A stretch of 64,000 nucleotides of DNA from a virus. Below are positions 11,578 to 21,596 of this stretch, in pieces; position 1 is the first letter of the stretch, and every line of letters begins with the position of its first letter. A program made the translations under genes and the position numbers. Location: IMG/VR virus record IMGVR_UViG_3300050015_000702; one strand, given 5' to 3'. The notes under the pieces were generated by a model. That model made no database searches. It worked only from the letters and a program-made list of their open reading frames with translations, and was not told the DNA's origin.

Positions 11578-14520
11578 ATGGACAATTTTAAATACGCACC
11601 CGGTCAATCGGGATATGGAACTACAGGCGTTGATGGATCTTCTGGTCTATCTGGACTTGCTGTTTATTTTACTACTTATGACGGCGATGGAACAGACACA
11701 ACTACGATAAAAAATAAGATCGACAATAACCTTATTCTTTCCCCTGCTGTTCAAAAAATTCCTGGTTACCCAACAAGGGTTTACCAAAATGGTGACATAT
11801 TTATAGACATTAATGGAAAAGCCTATGAAATTGATTTATCAAATCCAAATAGATTTGCTTATACCGGTTACAATTTAAGTGGAACAAGTTTATTCATTCC
11901 TTCGGCTATCCCCGGATCTACAACTGATAGGTATTCCAATGCTTATCCTAACAAAATTATAGATACCGTAAATGCTGCAGTATTATCTTCAGATTTTTAT
12001 ACTGACTATCCATCTATCATTTATGGTATTAGTTCAAAAAAATTCGCGAGAATCGAATATTCCAATACTGACCCAGATAGCGCAGGCAGAAACCCATTTA
12101 CCCTATTCATTGGCGCAGATACAACTCCTGGAGATAATAAAGCTTTAGCTCTTGTTAGAGATATAGCTAGCAATACTTTCCGTTTAGGAAACCTTGATGA
12201 TCTTGGAGCTTTAAGACAAACTAATTTGATATTTGACGTACAATATCTTACTCAAAATAAACACAATAATGATTTTTCTAGAACAGAATCTGATGGAACG
12301 ATCATTACAAATCATGAAGTGGATACAAATCTTTTATTAAGTCCGGTTTTTATTTATAACCCGCCTTCTTTTATATCTTCTTCAAGTACCGGATTTATGC
12401 TAAACTTATCTTGGAATAAACAAGATTTTTTTCCAACAGTTCCTGCTGGAAGTTTACCTACAGCTAATTTATATTTTACTCAAAAACAAGCATCTTATAC
12501 AGGACAAGAATTCCTTTTTAATTATTTAGATCCTTCTACTCGTCCAATGGTTTTTCCCGATATTGATCTTGTTGGAAGTATCGATGTTAGCGGACTTGTA
12601 CATAATATGTTATACGAAGCATATATTTCATTTTTCGATAGAGGATGGCAAAGAAATTCTATAAAATTAGGTCTTTCAACAGGAATAAATCTAATTATTC
12701 ATAATCCAGCACCTGTATGTTATCCTGCAACAATAGATTTAACAAACCCTGCTATTACAGCTGGATCTACACCAGGATTAGTTTATACTTACTGGAATGA
12801 CGCAGGCGATACAAGCCCGGTTGCTAATCCAGCCGCAGTTCCAAACGGAACTTATTATATTAGAGGAACTTCTGGCGGTGCTACGAATCAGGGGCCTGTA
12901 ACAGCTACTGTGGTTGCTTTACCTATTACTGCATTAAACGCTCTTGATCCTACTACATTCTGTCTAGGAACTCTTGTTCACTTCTCAGTTACCGGAGGTG
13001 GTGCAGGTGCAACTTATCAATTTAGAGTAAATGGAAACCCTGTTCAAACTAGTGCTTCCGCATTATTCCAGACTTCTTCTCTTACAAACGGTCAAATAGT
13101 TACTTGTTTAGTAACCAATTCAGCAGGATGTTCAGCTCTTGCAACAGGTTCTTATACAGTTTCAGTTAATGCTATTCCAACAGTTTCGATGACCGGACCT
13201 GCTACAGCATGTGTTAATTCAACAGGAAATGTTTACAGCACTCAGGGAGGTCAATCTAATTATGTTTGGAACGTAACTGGTGGAACAATTACAAGTGGTG
13301 GAAGTACAAGCGATAATACAGTTACAGTTACTTGGGGTTCTATTGGAGCTAAGACTGTTTCAGTTAATTATACAAATGGAAGCGGATGTTCCGCTGTAAG
13401 CCCAACTTCTTACCCAGTATCAGTTGTAGCTTTACCGGTTCCAACAATTAGTGGGCCAGCAGCTCCTTGCGTAGGTGTTGCCGGACAGGTTTACACAACG
13501 GAAGCTGGACAATCAGGTTATACATGGGCAGTTTCTGCTGGTGGAACTATCAATTCGGGTTCTGGAACTAATTCAATATCTGTTACCTGGACTACTACCG
13601 GAGCTAAGAACGTTACTGTTAACTATACTAGCCCAGGCGGATGTACAGCAGCAACTCCATCAATTTACAATCTTACCGTTAATGCTCTTCCAGTTGTAGC
13701 ACTTACAGGAACAACTTCAGTATGCGCAGGTTCAACCGGAAACGTTTATACAACTGATGCAGGTATGAGTAATTATACTTGGGCTATATCTGGAGGTGTT
13801 ATTACTGCCGGAGGTATTTCAGGAAGTAATACAGCTACCGTTACTTGGAATGCTGCAGGAGCTGGATCTATATCAGTTAACTATACTAATGGAAACGGAT
13901 GTACTGCATCTAGTGCAACTTCTCTAGGAGTTACTATTAATGCTATACCAGTTCCAGTAGTTTCTGGAGATACTACAGCAATAATTAATACTGCGGGACA
14001 TGTTTATCTTACAGCACCGGGTCAATATAGTTACGCTTGGTCAATTGTAGGAGGAACCATCGATAGTGGTCAAGGAACAAATTCGGTTTCAGTAACTTGG
14101 ACTAGTCTTGGTGCTCAATCACTTTCAGTTAGTGCTACAAGTGCTTCTGGATGTACTGGAAACTCAGCTTCATATGGAGTTTCAGTGAGCGGAGTACCTG
14201 CAACTTTGGACGTACAATCATTCATAGTATTTACATTAGGGGGAGCAATACACAATCCTCCAACAACAAGCAATGTTGTAAATATTACTAATGTTACCCC
14301 TCCTGGAAACTTCTGGACCGCAACACCTAATGCCAACTGGATGGTTTTATTGCCATTTAGTAATTGTACATCGGGTACTGGTGGAACTGTTGTTTCGACA
14401 ACTGGTGGACCAGGATCATTCCAGGTTTCTGTCGGCGCTACCGGATCTCCTAGAAGCTCCTCTATTACCGTTACATCATTAGCTCCAACTAAAACATGTC
14501 AAGTTAACCAGACAAGCTAA
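11578..14520 (+). CDS. Tail fibre/adhesin with tandem Ig-like (PKD-like) repeats and a C-terminal BACON-like domain
   Basis: About four repeats of 'C.G....YTT..G.S.Y.W...GGTI..G.G.N...VTW...G...V.V.YT...GC'; terminal WTATPNANW...RSSSITVT resembles BACON. Confidence 0.7.
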   Translation: MDNFKYAPGQSGYGTTGVDGSSGLSGLAVYFTTYDGDGTDTTTIKNKIDNNLILSPAVQKIPGYPTRVYQNGDIFIDINGKAYEIDLSNPNRFAYTGYNLSGTSLFIPSAIPGSTTDRYSNAYPNKIIDTVNAAVLSSDFYTDYPSIIYGISSKKFARIEYSNTDPDSAGRNPFTLFIGADTTPGDNKALALVRDIASNTFRLGNLDDLGALRQTNLIFDVQYLTQNKHNNDFSRTESDGTIITNHEVDTNLLLSPVFIYNPPSFISSSSTGFMLNLSWNKQDFFPTVPAGSLPTANLYFTQKQASYTGQEFLFNYLDPSTRPMVFPDIDLVGSIDVSGLVHNMLYEAYISFFDRGWQRNSIKLGLSTGINLIIHNPAPVCYPATIDLTNPAITAGSTPGLVYTYWNDAGDTSPVANPAAVPNGTYYIRGTSGGATNQGPVTATVVALPITALNALDPTTFCLGTLVHFSVTGGGAGATYQFRVNGNPVQTSASALFQTSSLTNGQIVTCLVTNSAGCSALATGSYTVSVNAIPTVSMTGPATACVNSTGNVYSTQGGQSNYVWNVTGGTITSGGSTSDNTVTVTWGSIGAKTVSVNYTNGSGCSAVSPTSYPVSVVALPVPTISGPAAPCVGVAGQVYTTEAGQSGYTWAVSAGGTINSGSGTNSISVTWTTTGAKNVTVNYTSPGGCTAATPSIYNLTVNALPVVALTGTTSVCAGSTGNVYTTDAGMSNYTWAISGGVITAGGISGSNTATVTWNAAGAGSISVNYTNGNGCTASSATSLGVTINAIPVPVVSGDTTAIINTAGHVYLTAPGQYSYAWSIVGGTIDSGQGTNSVSVTWTSLGAQSLSVSATSASGCTGNSASYGVSVSGVPATLDVQSFIVFTLGGAIHNPPTTSNVVNITNVTPPGNFWTATPNANWMVLLPFSNCTSGTGGTVVSTTGGPGSFQVSVGATGSPRSSSITVTSLAPTKTCQVNQTS

Positions 14521-17519
14521 TGGGAGATAAATTAAAATATGCACAATCTTTACCCGGATATGGATTCGGTGGGGCAAATGGCTCCACCGGTCTTCTTGGG
14601 TTCTCAATTTATTTTACATCTTATAATGGGGATATAGATACTACCACTCTTGTGGATTTAATTGATCTGAATGTTCCTCTACTAGTAGGATCTCACTTCC
14701 CTCAATACTTAAATAGACCTTATCAAACGGGGGATGTATTTGTTGATATTGGAGGAAAGGTTTTTCAAATAGATCTCTCTCTTCCTTCAAGATATTCTTA
14801 TACCGGATATATTTTAAGTTCCAAAAATTTATTTGTAAATGCAAATATTCCTGGGATGCTTGGCGCGGAGGAAAGATGGTCAAATCAGTATCCGTTTAAT
14901 ATCATTGATACCGTAAACGCAAACACATTAACATCTTCATATTATACTGATTACCCGGATTCAATTTATGGAATTGATTCCAAACAATTTGCTAGAATAG
15001 AATATTCTAATAAAACAGAAGCAGGTGGAAGAAACGTATTTTCTCTTTATATAGGGGCTGCTGCAGATGCAAGTGATAATTATGCTTTGGGTCTTATCAG
15101 AGATATAGCAAGTAATACATTTAGATTTGGCAATTTAGATGATGCAAATGATCTAAGAGATGTTGCTTTAAATTTTGATGTTAAGTCTTTAAAAGTTAAT
15201 AAATTACCCTTTACAAGAAATTCTGTAGATGGAACCATACTTTCAAATACAGAAATAGATACAAAAAATTTAATATGGCCGTTATTCAAATATGACCCCG
15301 CCTCTTTCACTTATGATTCCCCTCTTTCAACTTATGCTCATATTTATTGGGATAAAAGAGACTTTTTAAATACTAATGATTTAGGAATTGTAAATAGTAT
15401 TCCAGCAACTTTATATTTTTATCAAAAAACAAATGCTTCTTATAATGGAAAAGATTTTAATTTTTTAGATGATTCTTCAATGAGGGAATTTTCTTTTCCA
15501 AATATTGATGTTTCTGGTATTATTAGAATTTCAGGTCTTCCGTCCGGATTTAAATTCGGAGCACATATTGCATTCGATGATAAAGGATGGGAAAGATGCT
15601 CAAAAATATTAAGTATTAATCCAGGAACAGATCCCGTACATTTAATGATTCACAACCCAGCACCTATATGTTTTCCAAATACTGTGGATTTAACTAATCC
15701 TGCTATAACCGCAGGTTCAACTCCCGGCGGAATAACTCTTTCCTATTGGTCAGATTATCCTCCAACTACTCCATTATTGAATCCTACAGCTGTGGGAATA
15801 AACAGTAGCACTTATACAATTCAAGCTACCGATGGAATTTCTATTGATGCTTCAACAGTATTAGTAATCGTTCATTTCGTTACTGCTGGCATTAGTGTAT
15901 TGCCTGTTGGACCTTTCTGTTCGGGAACTTCTGTTACATTTACAGGAACCGGAGGAACTAACTATAATTTCCGAGTCGATAATATTAGTGTTCAAAATGG
16001 AGCTTCCTCAACTTATACAACCACAACACTTACAAGTGGTCAAGTTGTAGATGTTGTAGTTACTGATGCGATCACAGGATGTTCTGCAACTTCAGCAGGA
16101 ATTATAAATACCGTTAGCCCATCTCCAACTGTAGTCATTACGAACCCAACACCTGTTTGCTATCCAAATACCGTTGATTTAACTGCTCCAGCCGTAACAG
16201 CAGGCTCAACTGCCGGATTATCATATTCATATTGGTACGATGCTTTAGCAACCAGCGGAATACCAAATCCAACTGCCGTTACTTCTGGTACTTACTATAT
16301 CAAGGGAGATACCGGAACAGGATGTTTCAGAATTCAACCTGTTGTTGCAGTTCAGAATGCTCTTCCAGTATTTAGTGTAGGAAATAATGGACCTGTATGC
16401 GTAGGTTCCCCATTATCCTTAACCGGACCCGCAGGAATGGTTACTTATTCATGGACTGGACCTTTAGGATTTGTAGCTTCAACACAAAATCCTCTAGTAT
16501 CTGCAGCAGCTACTTTAGGAATGGCAGGAGTTTATACTCTTACAGCTTCAGATATACATGGATGCTCCAATATAGCAACCACAACTCCTGTAGTTAATTC
16601 TATACCATCTATTATAAGTACTATGGATTCTTCAAAATGTGGAATGGGGACAGTAACTCTAGGAGCAACTGCTTCAGCAGGTACGATTAATTGGTATAAT
16701 GCTCCTACTGGCGGAAGTTCTCTTGGAACGGGAACATCCTTTACAACTCCAATTTTATCATCTACAACAACTTACTATGTGGATACAACTAATAATGGAT
16801 GTACTTCTCCAAGATCAGCTGTTGTGGCAACTATAAATTCAGTACCAACTGTGAACATAACTAACCCAGCTCCTGTAGAATTACCAGCAACTGTTAATTT
16901 AACAGCTCCAGCCGTAACTGCAGGTTCAACTCCAGGATTAACATTTACTTACTGGCATGATTCCGGAGCAACAAGTCCTGTTGCAGACCCAGTACATGCA
17001 GCAGCGGGAACTTATTACATCAAGGGAACTGTTCCTGGAACAGGATGCTATAGTATTCACTCTGTTTTAGCAGTTCAGACATTCACCCCAGTAATTGGAT
17101 TTGACGACTTAGGAAATATTAATGTTACTAATCTAGGCGGTAAAACAATTACACTTGATATTAGTTTAAATGCTCACGCATACGTATCAATGATTTCTGG
17201 CGGAAGTGGAAGAAGCTGTTATGCTTCAATTGGTTGCGGCGCAGGATCGGCTACCGCAAGTTGCTCGACCTCTACAGATTGTCAGGATGTTCAAACAGAT
17301 CATGTTATCATTCCCGGAGTAACCAGCGGATCCGTTATTTCTATCGTTTACGATATAAGTAATATCGAATGCGGATATGAATATGATGTAGGCGGAGATT
17401 GTACGGCTACTATGAGTGCTTTTGTAACTAACGGAGGTGGCGGAGTCGCTATCAACTATAATCAATTTCAGGCTTATAGTAACTGTTCCGGAATAGTAAC
17501 CCAAAAAGGAAATGCTTAA
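14520..17519 (+). CDS. Tail fibre/adhesin paralogue with Ig-like repeats (including an Ig_7/CHU_C-associated type)
   Basis: N-terminal ~370 aa clearly paralogous to 11578..14520; contains 'CG.GTVTLGATASAGTINWYNAPTGGSSLGTGTSFTTPILSSTTTYYV'. Confidence 0.7.
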   Translation: MGDKLKYAQSLPGYGFGGANGSTGLLGFSIYFTSYNGDIDTTTLVDLIDLNVPLLVGSHFPQYLNRPYQTGDVFVDIGGKVFQIDLSLPSRYSYTGYILSSKNLFVNANIPGMLGAEERWSNQYPFNIIDTVNANTLTSSYYTDYPDSIYGIDSKQFARIEYSNKTEAGGRNVFSLYIGAAADASDNYALGLIRDIASNTFRFGNLDDANDLRDVALNFDVKSLKVNKLPFTRNSVDGTILSNTEIDTKNLIWPLFKYDPASFTYDSPLSTYAHIYWDKRDFLNTNDLGIVNSIPATLYFYQKTNASYNGKDFNFLDDSSMREFSFPNIDVSGIIRISGLPSGFKFGAHIAFDDKGWERCSKILSINPGTDPVHLMIHNPAPICFPNTVDLTNPAITAGSTPGGITLSYWSDYPPTTPLLNPTAVGINSSTYTIQATDGISIDASTVLVIVHFVTAGISVLPVGPFCSGTSVTFTGTGGTNYNFRVDNISVQNGASSTYTTTTLTSGQVVDVVVTDAITGCSATSAGIINTVSPSPTVVITNPTPVCYPNTVDLTAPAVTAGSTAGLSYSYWYDALATSGIPNPTAVTSGTYYIKGDTGTGCFRIQPVVAVQNALPVFSVGNNGPVCVGSPLSLTGPAGMVTYSWTGPLGFVASTQNPLVSAAATLGMAGVYTLTASDIHGCSNIATTTPVVNSIPSIISTMDSSKCGMGTVTLGATASAGTINWYNAPTGGSSLGTGTSFTTPILSSTTTYYVDTTNNGCTSPRSAVVATINSVPTVNITNPAPVELPATVNLTAPAVTAGSTPGLTFTYWHDSGATSPVADPVHAAAGTYYIKGTVPGTGCYSIHSVLAVQTFTPVIGFDDLGNINVTNLGGKTITLDISLNAHAYVSMISGGSGRSCYASIGCGAGSATASCSTSTDCQDVQTDHVIIPGVTSGSVISIVYDISNIECGYEYDVGGDCTATMSAFVTNGGGGVAINYNQFQAYSNCSGIVTQKGNA

Positions 17520-17534
17520 TACTAAATAAAAAAT

Positions 17535-18365
17535 ATGACAACTTTAACTAAAATTTTAAAGGCTATCTGGGGATTTGTTAATAGCAAATTCCTCGGATAT
17601 GCTGTAGCAATAGTCTTAGTACTTATGCTAGCTCAAACCTGCAAAAAGAATTCTGATCTGAAAAAAGAAAAAGCTCAGCAAGAACAAAATATGGCAGCAA
17701 AAAATGATACGCTTCATCAGCAGAAGCTTAAAACAGGCGAACTCCAATTTACAATTGATGGATATATTGCCAGTGTAAAAGATCTTAAAAATATCAATAA
17801 AGATCTTGCCGACGAAGTTGATAAACAAAAAGGAACCGTAGTTAACTTGAATAAAGTGGTAGTTCTTTTAATGCAGGATACAACTGACTTAAGGAAATAT
17901 ATTAACGAGATAAAATCTGCAAAAGAAAAACCAACAAAAGTAAACGATACAACTTATTCAGTTCCTTGGACATTAGCATATAGTTATGATTCCCTAAATT
18001 ATGATTTATTCAAGGGGAGAACTAAAATTGGATTAACCGTAAGAGATAAATCCCTTGCAAAATTTGATTTTTCAAATGTAAATGTTTTGAACGAAGGAAG
18101 CGAACTTCTAACGAGAATGACCCAGATGGAATTAGTTTATGGTCAGAAATATGTCAAAGGAAAATTGGTTGTATTCGCCAATAGTAAATACCCCGGATTT
18201 CACGTTGTAAACATGGAAGGATTTACTGTCCCTGATCCTCCAAAGAAACATTGGTTTACCGGATGGAATGTTCAGCTTGGAATAACCCCCACCTGGGATT
18301 TTGTTAATAAAAAACCGATTATCGTAGTTGGACCTTCAATTGGATGGTCAATTTACCAGTGGTAA
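17535..18365 (+). CDS. Putative spanin-like membrane protein
   Basis: N-terminal hydrophobic helix followed by Cys (LAQTC), a coiled coil, and C-terminal amphipathic beta-strands ending ...GWSIYQW. Confidence 0.5.
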   Translation: MTTLTKILKAIWGFVNSKFLGYAVAIVLVLMLAQTCKKNSDLKKEKAQQEQNMAAKNDTLHQQKLKTGELQFTIDGYIASVKDLKNINKDLADEVDKQKGTVVNLNKVVVLLMQDTTDLRKYINEIKSAKEKPTKVNDTTYSVPWTLAYSYDSLNYDLFKGRTKIGLTVRDKSLAKFDFSNVNVLNEGSELLTRMTQMELVYGQKYVKGKLVVFANSKYPGFHVVNMEGFTVPDPPKKHWFTGWNVQLGITPTWDFVNKKPIIVVGPSIGWSIYQW

Positions 18366-18390
18366 GATAGATTTCAAAATATGAGCAAGT

Positions 18391-18437
18391 AAAGTTTTTC
18401 TATGAATATATAAATAAAAAATTCATGGAAAAACTTT
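18391..18437 (+). promoter_or_regulatory. Late promoter within a 17-bp hairpin that sequesters the HEG start codon
   Basis: AAAGTTTTTCTATGAAT-atataaataaaaa-ATTCATGGAAAAACTTT (one G-U pair); ATG 18425 lies in the stem. Confidence 0.75.
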
Positions 18438-19075
18438 TTAATTTTGTTTATGTTACAACTAATTTAATAAATGGAATGAAGTATGTTGGCGAATATTCTA
18501 CCAACGATATAAATTCATATGAATCCAGGACTTATCTAGGGAGTGGAAGACCATATTTTAAAAATGCTCTTAAATTTTATGGTAGAAATAATTTTTATAG
18601 GGAAATATTAGAATCTTTTCCTACAAAACAAGAAGCTTTTAATGCTCAAGAAAAATACATTATTCAATTCGATACTTTAAAACCCAATGGATATAATTTA
18701 AATCCAAAGGGGGGCAATCAATGTAAAAATACAGGGCCATGGTTAAATAAGAATTTATCCGAAAAGCATAAAGAAAATATTTCTAAATCCCTTATCGGAA
18801 AAAATACATGGAGTAAGGGATGCCATCAATCAAAAGAAACAAAAAATTTAATAAGTTTATCAGAAATGGGTAAAGAGATTTCGGATCAGACAAAATTATT
18901 AATGTCATTAGCATCCGAGGGGAAACCTAAATCGGAAGATCATGCGAAAAAATGCAGAATAGCTAGATTAGGAAAAACAGTTCCAAAAATATTTTGTAAA
19001 TATTGTCAAAGAGATTACGCCAATTATATGTATACTCTTTATCATGGAGAAAAATGTAAAAAGAAGAATATATAA
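18425..19075 (+). CDS. GIY-YIG homing endonuclease with NUMOD3 repeats and Zn finger
   Basis: FVYVTTNLINGMKYVGE, YLGSG, PNGYNL, SEKHKENISKS, CKYC..HGEKC. Confidence 0.85.
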   Translation: MEKLFNFVYVTTNLINGMKYVGEYSTNDINSYESRTYLGSGRPYFKNALKFYGRNNFYREILESFPTKQEAFNAQEKYIIQFDTLKPNGYNLNPKGGNQCKNTGPWLNKNLSEKHKENISKSLIGKNTWSKGCHQSKETKNLISLSEMGKEISDQTKLLMSLASEGKPKSEDHAKKCRIARLGKTVPKIFCKYCQRDYANYMYTLYHGEKCKKKNI

Positions 19076-19087
19076 AATAAATCGAAT

Positions 19088-20881
19088 ATGACAAATATCA
19101 GTAAATACGTTCAACTTAATGACTTCCTCTTATTAGAGTATGAATTTAATAAGGATCAGTTTAATGTTACCCCATTAACTAACATTGGTTCTCTTTGCAT
19201 TTCGACAAACATTGGAAGCTTCCAATATATTAATACGGGTGCTGATAGAGCTGTAACAAATAACGACTTTGGTTTAAACTCTCTTCCCGAAAATCCATCA
19301 AGAACTACTTGGTATTGTTATCCTCCGGATATTTCTACAAATTATTCCAATTACTTTGCCCATTGCGATAGTTCGACTTTGGTTAACGTTCCTTCTTATG
19401 CTTTGGATACCATTAAGGTTCATATTATTTCAGGGTATAACTTTGATGATGTTGCTGGGTTCTTACTTCAAATTAGAGCAAAAAACACAGGAGGAAACTT
19501 TGTTGACCTTGCAAACTTTACCTGGATCAATCAGATTCTTGAAGCTGGAAGTAATGTTATTAATTTTTCTACAAATGCTTTATATTTAGCAAATAGATTT
19601 TATGACAAATATGTTCAGTTTAGGATTCCTTCTATTCAAGTTCTTGGAGGGGATACTGTTACTCCGCTTGGTCTAGCTTTAAATATTAAACAGCTATCTG
19701 ATGTTTTCATCACATATAGTACTATTCCTAATATTAATGTTGACACGTATCTTATTCAGGAGCAAATTTCAGTTCAACTTCCTGTAACAAGTGTTGCAGA
19801 TAATTTCAATTGCTTTATTGCTGAATCAACTGGTGGGGACTATATCGAATTCTATGCTACTTGGAACCAAATAATTATTGGGGAGTACATGGGAGACATT
19901 GAAAGCGGAAAAATCCGTTTATTCACTTCTAACAACCCCAATGATAATGCAATGGATTTTGCCGATACTTATGGTGCCGGAGCAGTGAAATGGGTAATTA
20001 TGCATGAATTAGAAGTTTACGAATTAATTCCAGGAGGAACAACACTTCTAACTCAGAAGTATGTATTTACTCAGGAAGATAACTTTATGAATGCTAACTT
20101 CTTCCGTCCGGTTCTTAGGAATGCCGATATTGATTCAGCTTATCAAATAGATTATACTTGCCGATTAGTTAACCGAATGGACGGAACCCAGGTTATCAGA
20201 AAAGCTTCTTTCGCTTCAACAGATCCTAAAAAATATGGTTTGCAGTTTGATCGTTTAAATGTTGACAATTATATTCCTTACAAAGTTTTTAATAGAATTG
20301 AAGGGGAAGCTTTTGTTCAAAACATTACATCGGGAACCCAACAATCCAAATTTGTCAAAGTATTTTACGATACAACGACTGTAGGTATGAATATGAATAA
20401 TGAAATTCTTCCCCAGGGAACAGGTCCTTTATTCTTAAAAAGAGGAGATGGCGCTTATCTATTCCATTTTCAAAAAATCGATACAGCAAATGGGGATCAA
20501 GTTAATAATGTGGATCTTTCGGGAGCTTATAATTACGGTCTTTTGTTTATCATGGATGATCAGTCAAAGTTGGAAATATCCCCAACCTACAGCACCAATA
20601 TGAATACTGTACTTGGACAACTTGAATTCAAAATTATGGAAGGACAAGTTTCGAAACTTTTACAGCAAACAAATAACGCTTACTCGATTGTAGTTAAAAA
20701 TCCGGATGGATCCCAATACACTTTCTATGAAGGAGTATTCTTTAGCTATAGTAATATGGATCAGGTAATCACTCAATTTAATAATCTGGTGAATGTATCT
20801 GCTCTAAATACCCAAATAGCTTCATTACAAGAACAAGTTAAAACCTTAACTGATCAAAATACAGCTCTCAAAGCTAAGTAG
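19088..20881 (+). CDS. Putative virion structural protein
   Basis: 597 aa with its own late promoter (19066-19081) and a C-terminal coiled coil; last gene of the + strand module. Confidence 0.5.
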   Translation: MTNISKYVQLNDFLLLEYEFNKDQFNVTPLTNIGSLCISTNIGSFQYINTGADRAVTNNDFGLNSLPENPSRTTWYCYPPDISTNYSNYFAHCDSSTLVNVPSYALDTIKVHIISGYNFDDVAGFLLQIRAKNTGGNFVDLANFTWINQILEAGSNVINFSTNALYLANRFYDKYVQFRIPSIQVLGGDTVTPLGLALNIKQLSDVFITYSTIPNINVDTYLIQEQISVQLPVTSVADNFNCFIAESTGGDYIEFYATWNQIIIGEYMGDIESGKIRLFTSNNPNDNAMDFADTYGAGAVKWVIMHELEVYELIPGGTTLLTQKYVFTQEDNFMNANFFRPVLRNADIDSAYQIDYTCRLVNRMDGTQVIRKASFASTDPKKYGLQFDRLNVDNYIPYKVFNRIEGEAFVQNITSGTQQSKFVKVFYDTTTVGMNMNNEILPQGTGPLFLKRGDGAYLFHFQKIDTANGDQVNNVDLSGAYNYGLLFIMDDQSKLEISPTYSTNMNTVLGQLEFKIMEGQVSKLLQQTNNAYSIVVKNPDGSQYTFYEGVFFSYSNMDQVITQFNNLVNVSALNTQIASLQEQVKTLTDQNTALKAK

Positions 20882-20890
20882 GCATAAAGA

Positions 20891-20928
20891 CTTAAAGTAC
20901 GACGTTAATCTTCAAGTACGACGTTAAC
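20891..20928. repeat. 19-bp tandem duplication
   Basis: CTTAAAGTACGACGTTAAT / CTTCAAGTACGACGTTAAC. Confidence 0.85.
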
Positions 20929-20935
20929 TTTCACA

Positions 20936-20965
20936 AAAAACCTTCTAATTTCTTAGAAGGTTTTT
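20936..20965. terminator. Bidirectional intrinsic terminator between convergent modules
   Basis: AAAAA-CCTTCTAA-tttc-TTAGAAGG-TTTTT. Confidence 0.85.
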
Positions 20966-21077
20966 GCTGGAGGTTGGTCCAAACATATGCTAGGGCATTT
21001 GTATTTCCCTTTAATAGTTACACTAAGCTTTTAAATAAAAATTGAGCAGCGAGCTCCTAACGCGGCCTAGCGTGAAG

Positions 21078-21596
21078 TTAAAATAGGCCCTTGATGGCTG
21101 CGAATAAATGCTGAATAATATCATATTTCAACACTATCCAAGAAAGACCAGCAACTAAAATTCCTCTGGTAATAACATACTGAAGATTCAGTCTATCAAA
21201 GGCAAATCTATAGATTGCTCCATAAGTTAAAGTTGGTTCGTCTTCGTCATCAAAGAACTGATTAAATTCGGGAATTATGTTACCAGCAAATCCTAATTCT
21301 TCATCAAGATACTGGTGAACAGGAGCAAGAAGCTCCATAAGTCGAAGTCGCTTAATATTCTCGGGCAAATTATAATCGGATTCAGGAAGAGATACAGGAG
21401 TATAAAGAACATAAAAATAATTATAGTCTATTTTATACTTGTTCAATTTAGACTGAGGATTAGCTGCTTCCGCTTTAATTGTACGAATCCAGCTACGATA
21501 ATTCTCAATGTCCCTCCAAACCCTAACAAAGGGGATTTTGGTCCATAAAGGCTGATGTCTAGCCTTCTTTTTAGTCATTCTCTGATTCTTCATCAT
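21078..21596 (-). CDS. Hypothetical protein with C-terminal membrane helix
   Basis: 172-aa ORF (start may be 21578) with a hydrophobic C-terminus. Confidence 0.6.
   Translation of the reverse strand: MMKNQRMTKKKARHQPLWTKIPFVRVWRDIENYRSWIRTIKAEAANPQSKLNKYKIDYNYFYVLYTPVSLPESDYNLPENIKRLRLMELLAPVHQYLDEELGFAGNIIPEFNQFFDDEDEPTLTYGAIYRFAFDRLNLQYVITRGILVAGLSWIVLKYDIIQHLFAAIKGLF

Noticed and set aside
11578-17519. Diversity-generating retroelement target/template pair in the adhesin repeats
   Set aside because: Repeat differences do not appear confined to adenines, and no reverse transcriptase is present in the window.
20891-20928. Possible mini-CRISPR array
   Set aside because: Only two adjacent 19-bp units with a 5-nt gap between cores; no spacers and no cas genes.
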